This document shows positions 12,129-26,709 of a DNA stretch of 64,000 bases, piece after piece. The DNA is from Elsinoe ampelina (lineage: Eukaryota). Below the pieces are notes generated by a model. That model was given only the letters and a program-made list of their open reading frames with translations, did no database searches and was not told the origin of the DNA. The DNA is taken from contig ML992510.1 in NCBI GenBank assembly GCA_010093995.1, forward strand, positions 1,027,132-1,091,131, written 5' to 3'. Positions within the stretch are counted from its first letter, which is position 1. Every line of letters starts with the position of its first letter. The translations under genes and the position numbers were made by a program.

Positions 12129-14329
12129 TTAGCTATAGTAGCTCCTACTTAATAATAACTAGTAAAAACTCTTCTTTATATATAACTTAGCTATATTTAT
12201 AATTAATAGTAGCCTTATTAGCCTTAAGCTAGCTAAGGCTAAGAATAATATTAAATTAGCTAATATCTATAATATAGAAGGTAGTAAGAGTATTTAGCTT
12301 ACTAGAAATAGTAGTAGTAAGAGAGACACTATAAGTAACTTATTCTATTAGAACACTATTATAAGCCTAAAGCTAAATAGAGCTAGCTAGTGCTACTAGG
12401 TAGCTAAAACTCTTTAGCTTATTAAGAATGTTATAGTTAACTATAGCGCCGATAAGCGCGCTAGTATTAATAAAAGCTTAGAGCGTAATAGTATAAAAGT
12501 AGTTATAGGGATTATAAATAGTAATAGGAGTTATAATAGCGGGGATATAGTAGCTAATAACGCTATTTAGTAACCGTATACCTCCGGATCTATCTCGAAT
12601 TACTCTTATTCTACTAGAGAATAGAACTTGTCCTCTAGCTACTTATTTCTCTAGCTAGATAGGTTAGTAGACTTATAATCTATTTTAGAATTAAACTAAG
12701 GCTAAACTAGATCTAGTTCGTAAGCTAAACTAGTATTAACTTAGTTACTTAATTTAGCTAAGTAATTCTAGAGCTATTATATCTCTTCTATAGTACTAAT
12801 ATATATAGAGTATATAGTAGCGTAAGTAGTCTTCTCTAAAGCGCTAGCTATATACTTAGTAGAGATATAGCTAGGCTTACTATATACGTAATAGGTAAGT
12901 ATTAGAGCTAGACGGAAAGGCTATAGAGCTCCTCTAGTAATAGAGCGAAAGATAGCTAGAGTAGTAGGTATAGAGATAGAATAAGGTATACAAATTAGTA
13001 CTATAGTAGTACGGCTTATAGCTAGGCTAGAGTATAAGGCCTAAGTACACTTAGTAATAAGGTTACTCTACTAGATATTATAGTTAGTAGCGTAGGTCTT
13101 TATAATAAAGATAGAGAGGTTATTAGTGTTAAAATTAATAAGGGTAGTACGTAGCTTACTAGATATCTTCTAGCGTAGCTAATAAAGCTATTTATCTTTA
13201 GCAATCTTAGTATAGAGAGTATACTTATTAAACTTACTAATAAAGGAGTTAAAAGAGATATTATACTAGAAGAGGCTAGCGAACTAAGCGCGCGTAGTAG
13301 CCTTATAGTTTAGATCCTCGAAGCGCTAGGCTAAAAGGCTAAGAGTAGCTTTAACATTAAGAGTGTTATTACTAGCAAAGTCTATAATAAGAGTATTATA
13401 AGAGCCTAGTGTTAGAGCGGCACTTAGTAGCGGCTAGTCCTACTTACGTAACGTACCTACTTATCTTATATAGCACTTATACCTTAGACTTAATAGTAAT
13501 TAGTTCTACTACTAATAGACTATTTAGTTAGATAAGCGTTCTCTATATTATAATATATATAGCTTTAATATAAGGCTTTAATAGTTCTAATTGCTCTACC
13601 TATAGTTATAATCTATTAGACTCTATAGACAACTAGAACTCTATTAGTAAGGCGCCTATACCTCGTATAAATAATGTTATAAAGATAAACTCTATTAAGT
13701 AGACTTCTCTAGAGAAAGAAGAAACTCTCGCGGAGTAGCTACTATACCTATGTACTAAGTATAAGTATTTAGAGCTAGAGCTTAAGGCTTAGAGCCTTAA
13801 GAAAGAAATTAAGTAAATATACTATATACGCGATATAGAATACTACTAAAGGGGCTTTAATTATAACTTATATACTTCTACTAAGCCTATAGTAAGTAAC
13901 GCTAGCACGTAGAGCGTATATAGTAGTAGTAGACTATTTATAAGACTATTCTCTAGACAACCTTAACTAAGAGAACCTTATCTCTATTAGAGTAAAACTC
14001 TAAAAGAGGTAAGATCTATAAGGACTAGTATAGTAAGTATACTATACTAGCTTACTCTAGAGATACTATTCTCTATAGAAGAATAAAACACTTCTTGCCT
14101 ATAGGACTAATAGAGTAGAGATTAGTCTTATAATAATTAAGAGTATACTAGTATAATACTTGTTCTACTTCTATATACTTATCTTTCTAGCTCTAATATT
14201 CTATCTTTGTTATAATTCTAATCTCTCTTATATTCTATTAAATAGAGCTATATAGACAAGATAGCACTCCGTGCTTAGCGCTAGCGAAATAACTAACTAC
14301 TACTAGAGTAGTACTAGTATAGATAACTC

Positions 14330-17300
14330 TCTAATAGCTTAGCTATTAGTAAGACATTTACTAAATTAGCTATAACTCTAGAGATAACCTCTATTAAAGA
14401 TTACTAGGCCGGAGAAGAGCTAGCGCTAAGACTATACTACGCTAATATAGCTCCTATAGAAAGTATAGCCGATATAGGAAATAATACTATATATAAAGCG
14501 CTCTTTGCTTATATTACTTAGCTTAAGAATATACTTAGTAGTCGCTCTCTAGTTATAGCGCCGGTGCTACGTAGTTGTTTTAATAATATATAACTTAATA
14601 ATATCTGCCTAATAAACCTATAAATCGTAAAAGAATATATACTAAGCTTATACTACCCCGAGGCCTTAGAGTTTACTATTATAGTAAGAGTTAAGGAATT
14701 TTTATATATATATAATAACATCTTTAAGATAGTACTAAATATTTACTTTAAAGAAGTTACTTAGTGCTATATAGCTATTAGCTACTTAAAAGGTTAGCTT
14801 AGCTATAATTAGGACTTATATACTAAAAGCGCTAGTATTATACCCTTATAAAGCCTAATATAGTTCTAGCTTTAGAACTAAGCCTAGAGTTCTAAAAACT
14901 ATAGTAATAGCTACGTAGTAAAGTTCTTTATATTATACTAGCGTAGAGAATAGTTAATTACTAATTTCTATATGTTCCTTAATAGTTATAAGTTTTATAT
15001 TAAGATAGCGCTACTCCTAGATAATACCTACTATATATAGCTTATTACCTATACTACGCCGGAGCTACGCTTAGAAGTACTCTATTAAGAGAACCTACTC
15101 TTAATTAAGGTAGAACTTCTAGTATATCTATTCTATTTAGAGTAGAACCTACTAGGCTACTTTAACTCTATATAGGGGTAGTATAAGTATAACGCTAGAG
15201 AGAAGACTAATACTTTTACTAAAAGGCCTTACTATAACGAAGACTATAAGGGCTAAAAGGACTAGTAGAGTAGCGCTAATACTACCCCTATAGCTCCCCG
15301 ACTTAGTACTACTTACTCTTATAACATCTATAAGAGCCTAGACTATTAGGCGCTAAACTATCCCTAGAAGAACTCTTTAAAATGGATAGTGTCCTTATAT
15401 TTACTAATCCTAAGTAGCTCTAGCGTAATATAGAATATATACTAAATTTGTACTAACGTTATAGTTAACCTACCTAAAGGCCCTATTAAAGGGGTAGCTC
15501 TAATAGATAGTAGCGCTAATAGTAACTTTATTAGCTAGTATTTTGCTATATACTATTATATCGCTATTAACCCCCTAGTAGTATATTAAGTATATAGCTT
15601 AGACAAATACAAATTAACTACCTATAGATATACTAAGTTAGCCTTTGCTATTAAGGATACCGAAGGAATAATATAGGCGTTATACTAGTAGTTTAAAAGC
15701 GTTAATATAACTAGTTATAATCTTATATTAGGCCTACTATAGCTATTATTCTATAACTCTAAGATTTAGTAAAGCGCTAGTGTATAGAGGTATTATACTA
15801 GCGCTATATAGGTGTTAATCCTAGATATACTCTTCTTCTTCTAGAAGCTAAATTAGTCTAATGCCTAGCTCTACCTAGTATATATATGCTAGGACGAACC
15901 TAGCGCCCTAACTCTACTATACTAGCTTAATAACTACGTAGATGTTTTTAATAAGAGTATAGTAATAGCGCTACTAGGTAATAATTTTACTTACTCTATT
16001 AATATTAAAGAGAGAGAATAGCTACTCTAGAGACCTATCTACCCCCTTAGTAAGAAGAAGCTTTAGGTACTTCGAGAGTATATAGATAATAGCTTAGTAA
16101 TAAGTTAACTCTAGTATAGTACTAGCTCTATAGAGTCTTCTATTCTATTCGTTCCTAAGAAGAATAGTTTACTACGCCTATATATTAACTATTATAGGCT
16201 AAATAATGTTACTATTAAGAACTATTACCTCTTACCTCTAATTGCTAAGATACTTAATTATATCGAGGGTATATACTTATTTAGCAAGCTAGACCTTATA
16301 GATGTCTACTATAGAGTATATATCTAGCGTAGTAATAAATAGAAGATAGTATTCTACTATTACTATAGCTACTTTAAATATACTATTATACCTTTTAGCC
16401 TTACTAATGCCCTAGCTATATTCTAGACTTATATATATTAGTACTTAAGTAGCTTAGTAGACTACTACTATATTATATATCTAGATAATATTCTAATCTA
16501 CGCTAGCGACAAGGAAGAGTATTACTAGGCTATTAGAAGTATACTAGACTACCTATATAAGAATAGCCTCTATATAAAACTAAAGAAGTATATCTTTAAG
16601 GTAATATAGGTAGTATTTCTAAGCTACGTTGTTAGTAGTAATAGTATTATAATAGAGTAGCCTTAGGTATAAGCCGTTACTAACTAGCCTATCTTTACTA
16701 GCCTTAAGGAGTTATAAACCTTTCTTAAATTTACTAATTTCTACTATTAATTTATTAAGAGCTTCTTCTATATAGCGCTACTACTAACTATACTTATACG
16801 AGAGTTAGTCTAAGAGAAGTAAGTAGGTCTATTTCTATAGAGTAATAATATAGTATAGGCCTTTAATAGGCTTAAAGCTACCTTTACGTAAGCGTCTATA
16901 CTATACTACTTTTTATTAGGTAAGCCTCTCTAGCTTAAGACTAACACTTTAGATTTTATACTCTCTAGAGTAATCTTCTAGTAAAACGAAAGTAATACTT
17001 CTATACGATACTAGTACTCTATAGCGTTCTAGTTCTAGAAGCTATAAGGTATAGAACTAAACTATACTACCTACGATAAAGAGCTTCTTACTATTATAGA
17101 AGTAGTATAGTACTAGCGCTAGTAATTACTTAGCGCTACTACTCTAATTAAAGTTCTCTTTAACTATAATAACCTTAGGTATTTTCTAACTACTAAGAAG
17201 CTTTTATAGTACTAGGCCTACTACGCCGAGGTACTAGCGTAGTTTAATATTGTTATTTAGTACTATAGTAGAAAGACTAACCTAGCTAATAGCCTATTAT

Positions 17301-19390
17301 ATAGACCTAACTACTATAAGTATAAAGAAGGTATATAGAAAGAGCGCTATATATTAGTCTCTCTCTTAGAGTAAGTATTATAAATACGAAGTAAAGGAGT
17401 TATACCTATATCTATTATAGATAAGAAACCTAAGGCTAGTAGGGCCTAGAAAGACAGTAATAAAGCTAGTATAGCTTATATACCTTAAACTACTCCCTAA
17501 TATAATACGCTTATATAATTCTAGCATACCTTTAGAATAGCGCCTATAAGTCTACCTATTACCTTAGGAGCGCTATAGCTATACTAAGAAGAGTTAGAGC
17601 CTCTAGAGTAAGAAGAGTAGTATCTAGAGAGTACTTATATAAACCTTTCTCTAAGCCTAACTAGTAATATTAAATTAGAACAATATATACCTACTCTAGT
17701 ATCCTAGGACATGCCGCTACTCGCCTAGGAAATAATAGAGAGCTAAGGGTATAAAGATAATATAACGCCTATATAACTCTAGGATACCTTTAGTAGAAAG
17801 CTCGCTATAATTTTAAACTAGAGTTAGTAAATTACGCACCTCTATACTATATAAGTACTAGTAGATAAAACTATATATACTTCTTCTACTCCTATATTAC
17901 TCTAGGACCTTATCTACGTAGTATAGTAAAGAGATACCTTTACTTATAGTAAGAAATAGAAACTTCTAAAAGAGAGAACCTTAACTAGTAATAGTACTAC
18001 CTCTAAGTAGAGCCTATCTAGTAATAGCTTACTCCGGAACGGAGATAGAGTATATATCCTAGAAGAAACTACCTTAAGAGTAGAGCTTATATAGTATAAT
18101 TATAATAATCCCTTAGAGAGTTACTTTAGCTATATAAAGACCTACCTTAATATAAGAAGGAAGTACTAGTAGCTAGGTATATCTATCGCTATAAAAGCGT
18201 ATATTAAGCGCTATAATAGCTACTAAAGGCATAAAGTAACGTAGTATAAGCCTTATAGCCTCCTATAACTCTTACTAATTCTACCTATACTCGAGGCCTT
18301 ATAATACTAGTTACTTAATTTTATTACTAGCTTACCCTCGGTAGAGCTCTAGCCTAGTATTATTATAGATACAATTATTATATATATCTATCGCTTGTCT
18401 AAGTTTAGTATCTATATACTGATATTAACTAAGCTTAACGCTAGGGACTTTACTAATCTATTTAAAACAGATATTATAACGTTGTTTAGAATACTAAAGA
18501 TACTAGTCTTAGATAGAGAGTCTATCTTTATAAGCAAATTCTAGAGTGCGCTATACTAGCGCTAGAAGGCGTAATATAAGCTTAGTACTAGTTTCTACCT
18601 ATAGATAGATAGCTAAACTAAAAGGCAAAACTAGATACTAGAGTAGTACCTCCGCTACTTTATTAACTATTACTAGATAGACTAGCTATACTAGGTTAAG
18701 TAGGCGTAATTCGTATATAATAACATATATTAAGTATTACTATATACTATACTAGTATAGTTCTTATTTATGTAGGAGATATATCTACTTAATAATATTA
18801 AAGTACTAGCGCTACCTAGCTACGTACTAGCGTATAACTTGTTAGTTAATAACTAAGTATAATTTATTACTAAAACGTATATAGAGCTTGCCTAACACCT
18901 ATATAAAGTATAGAAAGACTAGGCGCTAGCCTATAATAGAGATTAATAAGTAAAAGTCTTCTATAATAGCGATAAGGTTATACTTAGTACTAAGAACCTT
19001 TATAGCGCTAGACCTAGCTATAAGCTATTAGCTAAGTATATTAGCCTATTTATAATTATATAACGAATTAGTATATAGGTATATAAGCTATACTTACTAG
19101 ATAAAATAAAGATAATCTATAACATCTTTAACATTACGCTACTAGAGCTATATAGGCGTAGTAAGAGCATATACCTACTACCCCTAGAGGTAGAAGGGTA
19201 GGAAGAATATATTATTAAACATATCCTTAGTAAGAGCTATACTAGCACTCTAAAGGCGCTATACTACCTAGTAAAGTAGTAGAGTTACTCTATAGAAGAA
19301 AGTATATAGAAGCTAGTAAAAAACCTTATAAACGCTAAGGAATTACTATATAAATACAAGGTAGCTTAGTATAAGTATAGCGCTAGCTAA
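14330..19390 (+). pseudogene. gag-pol of A (zinc knuckle ~15320-15365, protease ~15500, RT, RNase H, integrase, chromodomain ~19200-19370)
   Basis: ALIDSSA protease-like motif, ILFVPKKN near 16140, YLD(N)ILIY at 16478. Many RIP stops. Boundaries approximate. Confidence 0.9.
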
Positions 19391-19582
19391 ACACTCTAGA
19401 CATACTTAGGATTAATAAGTTAAAGGTACAAATTTTAAAGTAAAGAGTACTTAGGCGTAGTACTAGGTTAGCTTAGAGTATTATTAGCTTACGTAAGGAG
19501 AACACTAGCGTAGTAAAAACTATAGAATTATACTAAAGTAAAGAGAGTATAGTATAGGTATAGTACTCTAGCTCTCTCTACT

Positions 19583-20453
19583 TTAACTATCTATGTTATC
19601 TACCTTAGTCTTATTCTTATTATTCTCCTTAATACTATTAATACGCCTAGTTAGTGCCCTTATAGCGTTATTAATTACCTACGTAGTAGTAGCTTACTTA
19701 TTCTTAGTAACTACCTATAAGAAAGTTAGTATAGCTTAAGCATTATAGAGGCGTACTTTTAGACTTATATAATTAGCTAAAGCCTTAAGTATAAAGCTAG
19801 TGTTACTAATTATACCTAGGTATAGCGCCTTTACTAGCTACTTAGTATTAACTTTAGAGGCGAAGAGTGTAGTAATAGTACTATTATAGCGTAAAGAAGT
19901 TATACTATTACTATTACTCTTATTAACTACCTTACTCTTGCTCTTAGTATTAGACTTACTCTATATATACTTAGCGCTAGCCTTCTTATATATATAGTTA
20001 GTATAGGCGGTAATCTAGCACTTTAGGAGAATAATATTCTTCTTAGAAGTAGTAGCGTTATTATAGAGTAGTATATACGTAGTAAAGTATTTATCCTAGA
20101 GCTTCTTAGTAGTAACTTAATCTTTAGAGTTAAGCTTAGTAGGCTACTAAGATTAGTATAAAGTAGATATAGTATAGGTATAAAGTATATCTAGTAGTAG
20201 TGTTTATTACTATAACTATAACAATTATAGTAGGTAGCCTTAGCCTTAGTAATCTAGTAGAGAGGATTCTTAATAGGGAGTATACTATCTTCGAGCTAGA
20301 GGTGCTTATTAATAGTAATAGCGTAGCGTAAGTATAGTATAGAGTACTAGTCCTAGTTAGTAAAATTACTCTTATAAGATCTATAAAAGGTTAGTACTAG
20401 CATAGTATAAGTACTATATATAATACTTACTCCTTAGAGACTTTAGAGGCTAT
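19583..20453 (-). pseudogene. Antisense spliced accessory gene of A, ~240 codons, Zn2Cys6-like
   Basis: Intron 20381-20430 has GTAAGT..CTAAC..TAG. Introns ~20144-20190 and 19715-19768 have RIP-altered donors. TAY codons at Cx2C-x21-C-x9-Cx2C-x6-C spacing (20197-20334). Confidence 0.65.
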
Positions 20454-21314
20454 AGTTATTAAAGTACGTAAGTATATAGGAGATAAGCTAGTATAGAGCT
20501 AGAATAATAAAGGAAAAAAAAAATTACTACGGAGGTACTATACTAGGTTAGTAAATAAATAACTAAATAGATAAGCTCGATAGCTAGATCTATAGTAGCG
20601 TAGGCTTAGTATATATACTAAGTCTCCTCTACTAGCCCTTAGACTAGTAAGACCTAGTCTATACTATATAGCACCTAAAATAGGTTACTAGTATAGTGTT
20701 AGACCTATATAAGTATAGAGCTAGTATTAAGTAGAATACTTACGCGAAGGAAGTATTATAAAGGAGAAAAGAAGAAGAGAAGAAGAAGAGAAAGATATAT
20801 ATCTAGCTCCGAGCTAAGACTAATCTAGAGAATAGTAGGTAGTAGTATATAATAATAAGTAGATTCTTATATATAAAAATAATAACGTAAGAGCGCTATA
20901 TTCTATATATAAAGAATTATACTATTATTACTATATCTAATATACGAAGAATAGTATAGGCTACTATAGGTACGCTATATATATAAAAAGTATACTATAC
21001 CTAAGAGGCGCTAGTAAGACACTCTTTCTTAGTTTTCTTCTATACTAGGTTTTCTAGGTTTTATTAAGGCTTATAAGTATAAGAGTATACCTCTTAAAGG
21101 GGAAGAATAATTATAAGAACTAGTATAGTAAGTATACTATACTAGCTTACTCTAGAGATACTATTCTCCGTAGAAGAATAAAACACTTCTTACCTATAGG
21201 ACTAATAGAGTAGAGATTAGTCTTATAATAATTAAGGGTATACTAGTATAACACCTATTCTACTTCTATATACTTGTCTTTCTAGCTCTAATATTCTACC
21301 TTTATTATAAGATT

Positions 21315-24300
21315 CTTCCTAAAGGATCTTAAGGTTATTTTTACTCTAGCCTCTAAGGCTTACTCTACTAACTAGTAGAAGGTACTATATAGAGTTATAT
21401 TTCTTATAGGCGAGCTAGATAAGATATAGTACTACTACTACTACGTAGATAGCTTAGAAGACTATATATAGAAGTAATTCCGCTAGTTTATATAGGATAT
21501 AGTTAATAACTCTATTAATTATAGAGTATATATAACTCTTATATATAAGAGAGCCTAATAATATAAAGGCTAATCTATCTAGGCCTTTACCTTAGAACTT
21601 ACTACCCTTAAGAAGTAACTAGCTCTCTACTCCGAAGAGTAGAGAGTATACTATCTTCTTACTAAGCTATAGCCTACGCTACGTACTACTATTATTAAAT
21701 ACTATACTATTCTAGCTACGCGCTAGAAGTTAGTCTCTTTAGACTTATATATTAAGTCTATAGACTATACTAGTAGTAAGCGTACTATATAAGAAAATAA
21801 AAGTAACTATCTATATAAGTATAGTAGTTATAGTAGCCCCCGAGAAGAATACTACTACTAGTCTAGTAGTAGCTCTTAAGCTTACTATAAGTATAAAGCT
21901 ACTAACTTACCTACTAAATAGTTTAGTAAGTAAAGGAGTTTCTCTAATAAGTAGAAGAAGAATACTAAGTACTATAGCTATAGTAGAACTAGTTATATTA
22001 AGCTAGAGTATAGGTTAAAGCACTTATAGAAGAATAATAAGTCGTAGGCGATATATAAGGTTACTACTATAGATAAGGTTAATAACTCTAAGTTAGTAAA
22101 CTCTAAGAGCTTAGCTAAAGAGTATAACTAAGCTCTTCTTCTCTCCTAATTAATACTTATCTATCGCTGCCTTATTATAGTACTATTATAGTGCCTATAG
22201 AGTACAAAGACTATATATTTCTTATAGACAATTATATAGAAGTTAATCTTATATCTTAGGTATTTACTCTTCGTTATAATCTACTAAGAGTTAAGTATAC
22301 TTAGTATCTAAGTATATCTTTCTTTATAGAGTAAGCTAGATTCTACTACGGCACGTACTAGCTTTATATATGTCTAGTAGACTTCTATAGCGACCTTAAG
22401 GAGACAATTAGCCTCTTCTACGCTATAGACTTAGGACTAGGCCCTCTAGTTATTTTAGGGCGCCTATAGCGAAGAAAGTAATATATAATTATAGATAGCG
22501 CTATAAATAACTAGTTATATAGCTACTTTTTATATATAGTTTACCTACGTAAACTAGAAGACTTTATAAAGAACCTCTAGAACGAGCTAAAGGTATATAC
22601 TATAGTATAGACTCTATCTAAGAACTATAACTACGCCGTAGGTAACTTAGCTCTACTATTAGAGTTCGTAAAGTTCTTTAATATCTTTGTCTATAAGAAT
22701 ATTACTAAATTACTACGCCTACTAGGCGTAGAGTATATAATTAAGCTAGAGCTAGGTAAGAGGCCTCTATTCTAGCCCTTATATAATCTCTTAGTTAAGA
22801 AGCTTAAGGTACTTAAGAACTATCTTAAGACTACTTAATTAAATAAGTAAATTAGGCGCTTTATAAGTAAGATAGGTACTTCTATCCTATTTGTGCCTAA
22901 GAAAGATAGTAGTCTATACTTATATATAGATTATTAGGGCTTAAACAAGGTAACTATTAAGAATTGCTACTTGCTTTTACTTATTAGTAAGATGCTTAAT
23001 TAGCTCGAGTAAGCCTAGTAGTTCTCGAAGTTAGATCTAAAGGATATTTACTATAGAATCTCTATTAAGTATAGCGACGAGTAAAAGACTATATTCCGTA
23101 TATACTATAGCTATTTTAAGTACTTAGTTATACTATTTAGATTAACTAACGCTCTAGCTACCTTCTAAGCGTATATTAATAAGGCGCTAAGTAGGCTAGT
23201 TAATACTATCTATATCGTCTACCTTAACAATATTCTTATCTATAGTAATTTAAGAAAGAACTATATATATTATATTTATAAGATTCTAGTAAGGCTATAG
23301 AAGTTTACTTTATATACTAACCTTAAGAAATATAAATTCTTTACTAAGGAGGTAGAATTCCTTAGCTATATTATTTCTACTATAGGCGTCTTAATAGATC
23401 CTAGTAAAGTAACTATAATTAAGAATTAGCTAAGGCTAAAGAGTTACTATAAGGTCTAGTAGTTTACTAGCTTTATAAACTTCTATTATTACTTCGTGTA
23501 GTACTACTCTAAGATTATTACTCTTCTCTCTAGCCTTCTTAAAGACTTAGTTAAAGGTTATAAGTATAGCTCTTTTATATAGGGCATAAGCAAATAGTAG
23601 ATATTTAAGGATATTAGGGACGCCTTTATACGTACCTCTATTCTCTATTACTATAATTCTACGCTGCCTCTATATATCAAAAGTAATATATTAAAGTTTA
23701 TAGTAGCGGTAATTCTATTCTAGTAATTCGATAGTACTTAGTACCTAATTACCTTCTAGTCGAGGATGTTTATCCTAGCTAAGTATAATTATAAGATATA
23801 TAACTAAGAGCTATTAGTAATTATATATATATTTAAGTAATAGTAATACTACCTTAAAGGTGTCTTATATATAATTTAAGTACTTACTAACTATAATAAT
23901 CTCTAAGGATTTATAAAGCTAAAATAGCTAAATAGCTAATAAGCTTACTAGGCTACTTTCCTTACCGCTTTTAACTTTATAATAGAGTATTAGGTAGGTA
24001 TAAGGAACCTAGCTAATATACCTTCGAGACGCCTTAACTACGTAGTAGAAGAGTAAGAGATATTATATCTCCTTTCTACCCTTTAGAATAAGCTTCGTAT
24101 ATAGAACTAAACTACTAACGTTAAGGAAGCTACTTCGCTTATTAGATATATCTACGCTATATACGAGACTACTCTAGGATAGGCCTAGGCTACCTATACG
24201 CTATATAGTAGTAACTTCTCTTCTAAGAACTTCTAGGGGCTTATAATAATCTAGCGAGTTATAGTTATAGCAACTATAAGAGAGAATCCCTTTAAAGATC

Positions 24301-25780
24301 TATCTACTAACCTAATATTAGTAGTAGAGCTACTATAAGAATAAGACTCTAAGATTATAAAGCTACGTTCGTAAGCGAGAAGTAGTAGAGACAAGAATAG
24401 AGCGCTATAGAATATATAAGATAATCTTCTCTTCTATAAAGAGTTACTAGTTATTCTAAATAATAGTATACTTAAGGCATAAGTACTACGTATATACTAT
24501 AATAGCGAATAGGCTAGTTACTTTAGTAAGAATAAGACGCTTAAACTTCTCTTATAGAAGTACTTCTAGATAACTATAAGAAAAGACATTAATAACTATA
24601 TATAGTTATACTAAGTATACTAGAAATATAAGACGTGCCGCTATTACCTCTATAGTAAGCTATATACGCTACCGATACTAGACTACCTATAGTAAGAAAT
24701 TATAATAGATTTTATTACTAACCTACTACTAAGTAAGCGAGGTAGTAGCATCTATAATATAGTACTAGTAATTATAGACTATTATACTAAGATATTACTA
24801 TATGTCTCTACTACTAAGAAGTATATATCTATAGAGCTAGTAGAGATCCTACGTAACTATATTATTTACTATTATAGTGTTCTAAGAGAAATAGTAAGTA
24901 ATTAAGAATTAGTCTTTACTAGCTAGTTCTAAAGTAAATTCTACTACGAAACACGTATAAAGCGTAGACTTAGTATAGTCTTTTACTTATAGATAGATAG
25001 TTAAACTAAGTAGTAAAACTAGACATTAGAATAGTACCTAAGGTACTACTATATAGAGCTATAAAATAACTAGGCTAAATGTCTATTACAAGTAGAATTT
25101 GTAAGTAATAATAGCATTTATACTACACTATATATAAGCCTCTTCTAAATAATATATAGCTACTATCTAGAGTTAGAGGTAATAGCTATTAAGTCTTAGG
25201 ACAAAACTTTAGAGAGAAGAGTACTAGTAGTAGTAGAGTTAGTATAACACTTATAAGATATATATATAAAGCTAGTAGAGTAATAGAAAGAGGCTTCTAC
25301 CTACTAGGCTAAGTACTATAATAGGAAGTATATACTAAGAGTATATAGTATAAGTAACTTAGTACTACTCTTAGCTAAGAACTTATAGCTACCTATACTA
25401 AAGAAGAAGATAAAACTATAGTTCCTTAGCCTATTCTATATACTTAATATAATTAGATCGTAGGTATATCGCCTAGCTTTACTAAGTTAGTATTATATCT
25501 ATAATATCTTTTATATATTTCTTCTTAAACTATAGATAGGTAGAGCTAGTAAGAAGCTAGAAGAGAGTATATCTCTCGCTAACGAAGTAGATAAGTAGAT
25601 AGTAAAGAAGATCCTAGATAAGAGAACTACGAAGAGTAAGGTATTCTACTTAGTAAAGTAGAAGAACTAGCTTATTAAGTTTAATAGCTAGGAACCTAAA
25701 GAGAATTATATAAATACGAGAGAGCTAATTACTATATATAAGTTATAGCTAAGAGTAGCTAAGAAAGGTCGCTAAAGGCG
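21315..25780 (+). pseudogene. Remainder of gag plus pol of B1
   Basis: ILFVPKKD near 22885, YL(N)(N)ILIY near 23220, integrase region, chromodomain ~25590-25740. Collinear with B2. Confidence 0.9.
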
Positions 25781-25829
25781 TAGATTATAGAGTATATAAG
25801 TAGATAGATTATATAAATATATAAATAGG

Positions 25830-26709
25830 GTAAAGAGTAGACTCCTTATCTAGAGAAATATATTTTAATAAAGCGCTATACTTACGCTACTATTACAAGT
25901 ATTAACCTAAACTCTATACTCTATTATACTCTATATAAGGCCTTATTATAGGTATAGCGCTAGAGATACGTACCTAGCTTATATATACTTACTNNNNNNN
26001 NNNGGCTATAAGCTACTTACTAGCTATAATATAGTTAATTTTAGTAGTAGAACTACTAGAGTTATATACTATCTAAACCTATTAGCTATATTTATAACAT
26101 ATAAGAAGCATAGTTTAACTTACCTCCTTACTAATAGTAATTAAGCTATAAAGGCTATACCTAATCTTCTATAGCTTCTTAACCTTCTTATACTTAAGCG
26201 TAATACTACTAAGCGAGCTATCTACGGGTCCTATATAAGGAGTTAAGACCTCGCTAATAACTTTATTCTTATTAGTGTAGTATACCTTAAGTATAGTCTT
26301 AAACTTCTTAACCTTAGGGACGTTCTTATAGGCTATAGTATATATATACTTCTTAGCTATAGTAATACTAGCCTAGCTAGGGGCCTTAAGCTTAGTAACT
26401 ACGTTAAAGGCGTTAATATATATATTACGTAGGATAGATAGAAGCGGCTCGTATATATACTTACTATAGATATAGTATTTATACTTATAATAGAAGAAGA
26501 TACTAAAGTTACCTCTAGTATAGACACGACCTACTACGAATTAGTTATATCTCTTATAAGAGCTCTATTAGCTTACTCTTAGCAATACTATTAGTGTACC
26601 TAGTATAAGTATTAGTCTTCTCTTTAGGAAGTAAGAGAGTTATAGAGTTAGCGCTAGTAGTAATAGCTCTCTAGACGCTAGCTAACCTTATACTATAAGT
26701 GTTAGCTAT
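25830..26709 (-). pseudogene. Antisense spliced accessory gene of B1, Zn2Cys6-like
   Basis: Introns 26534-26576 and 26073-26123. Same layout as in B2. The 3' end is uncertain and spans a small gap. Confidence 0.65.
25994..26003. other. Assembly gap (10 N; about 60 bp missing relative to B2)
   Basis: N run. B2 has about 61 bp between the same flanks. Confidence 0.95.

Larger units (their letters stand above)
14017..21309 (+). mobile_element. Full-length Gypsy family A, 7293 bp, RIP-inactivated
   Basis: 198-bp LTRs at 14017-14214 and 21112-21309. TSD AGATC/AGATT. Polypurine tract AAAGGGGAAGAA before the 3' LTR. Empty site in B2 near 28487. Confidence 0.95.

Noticed and set aside
20760..20795. 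GAA-rich purine run in A
   Set aside because: It is a short low-complexity tract. It could be a pyrimidine-rich promoter element of the antisense gene, but nothing here supports that.
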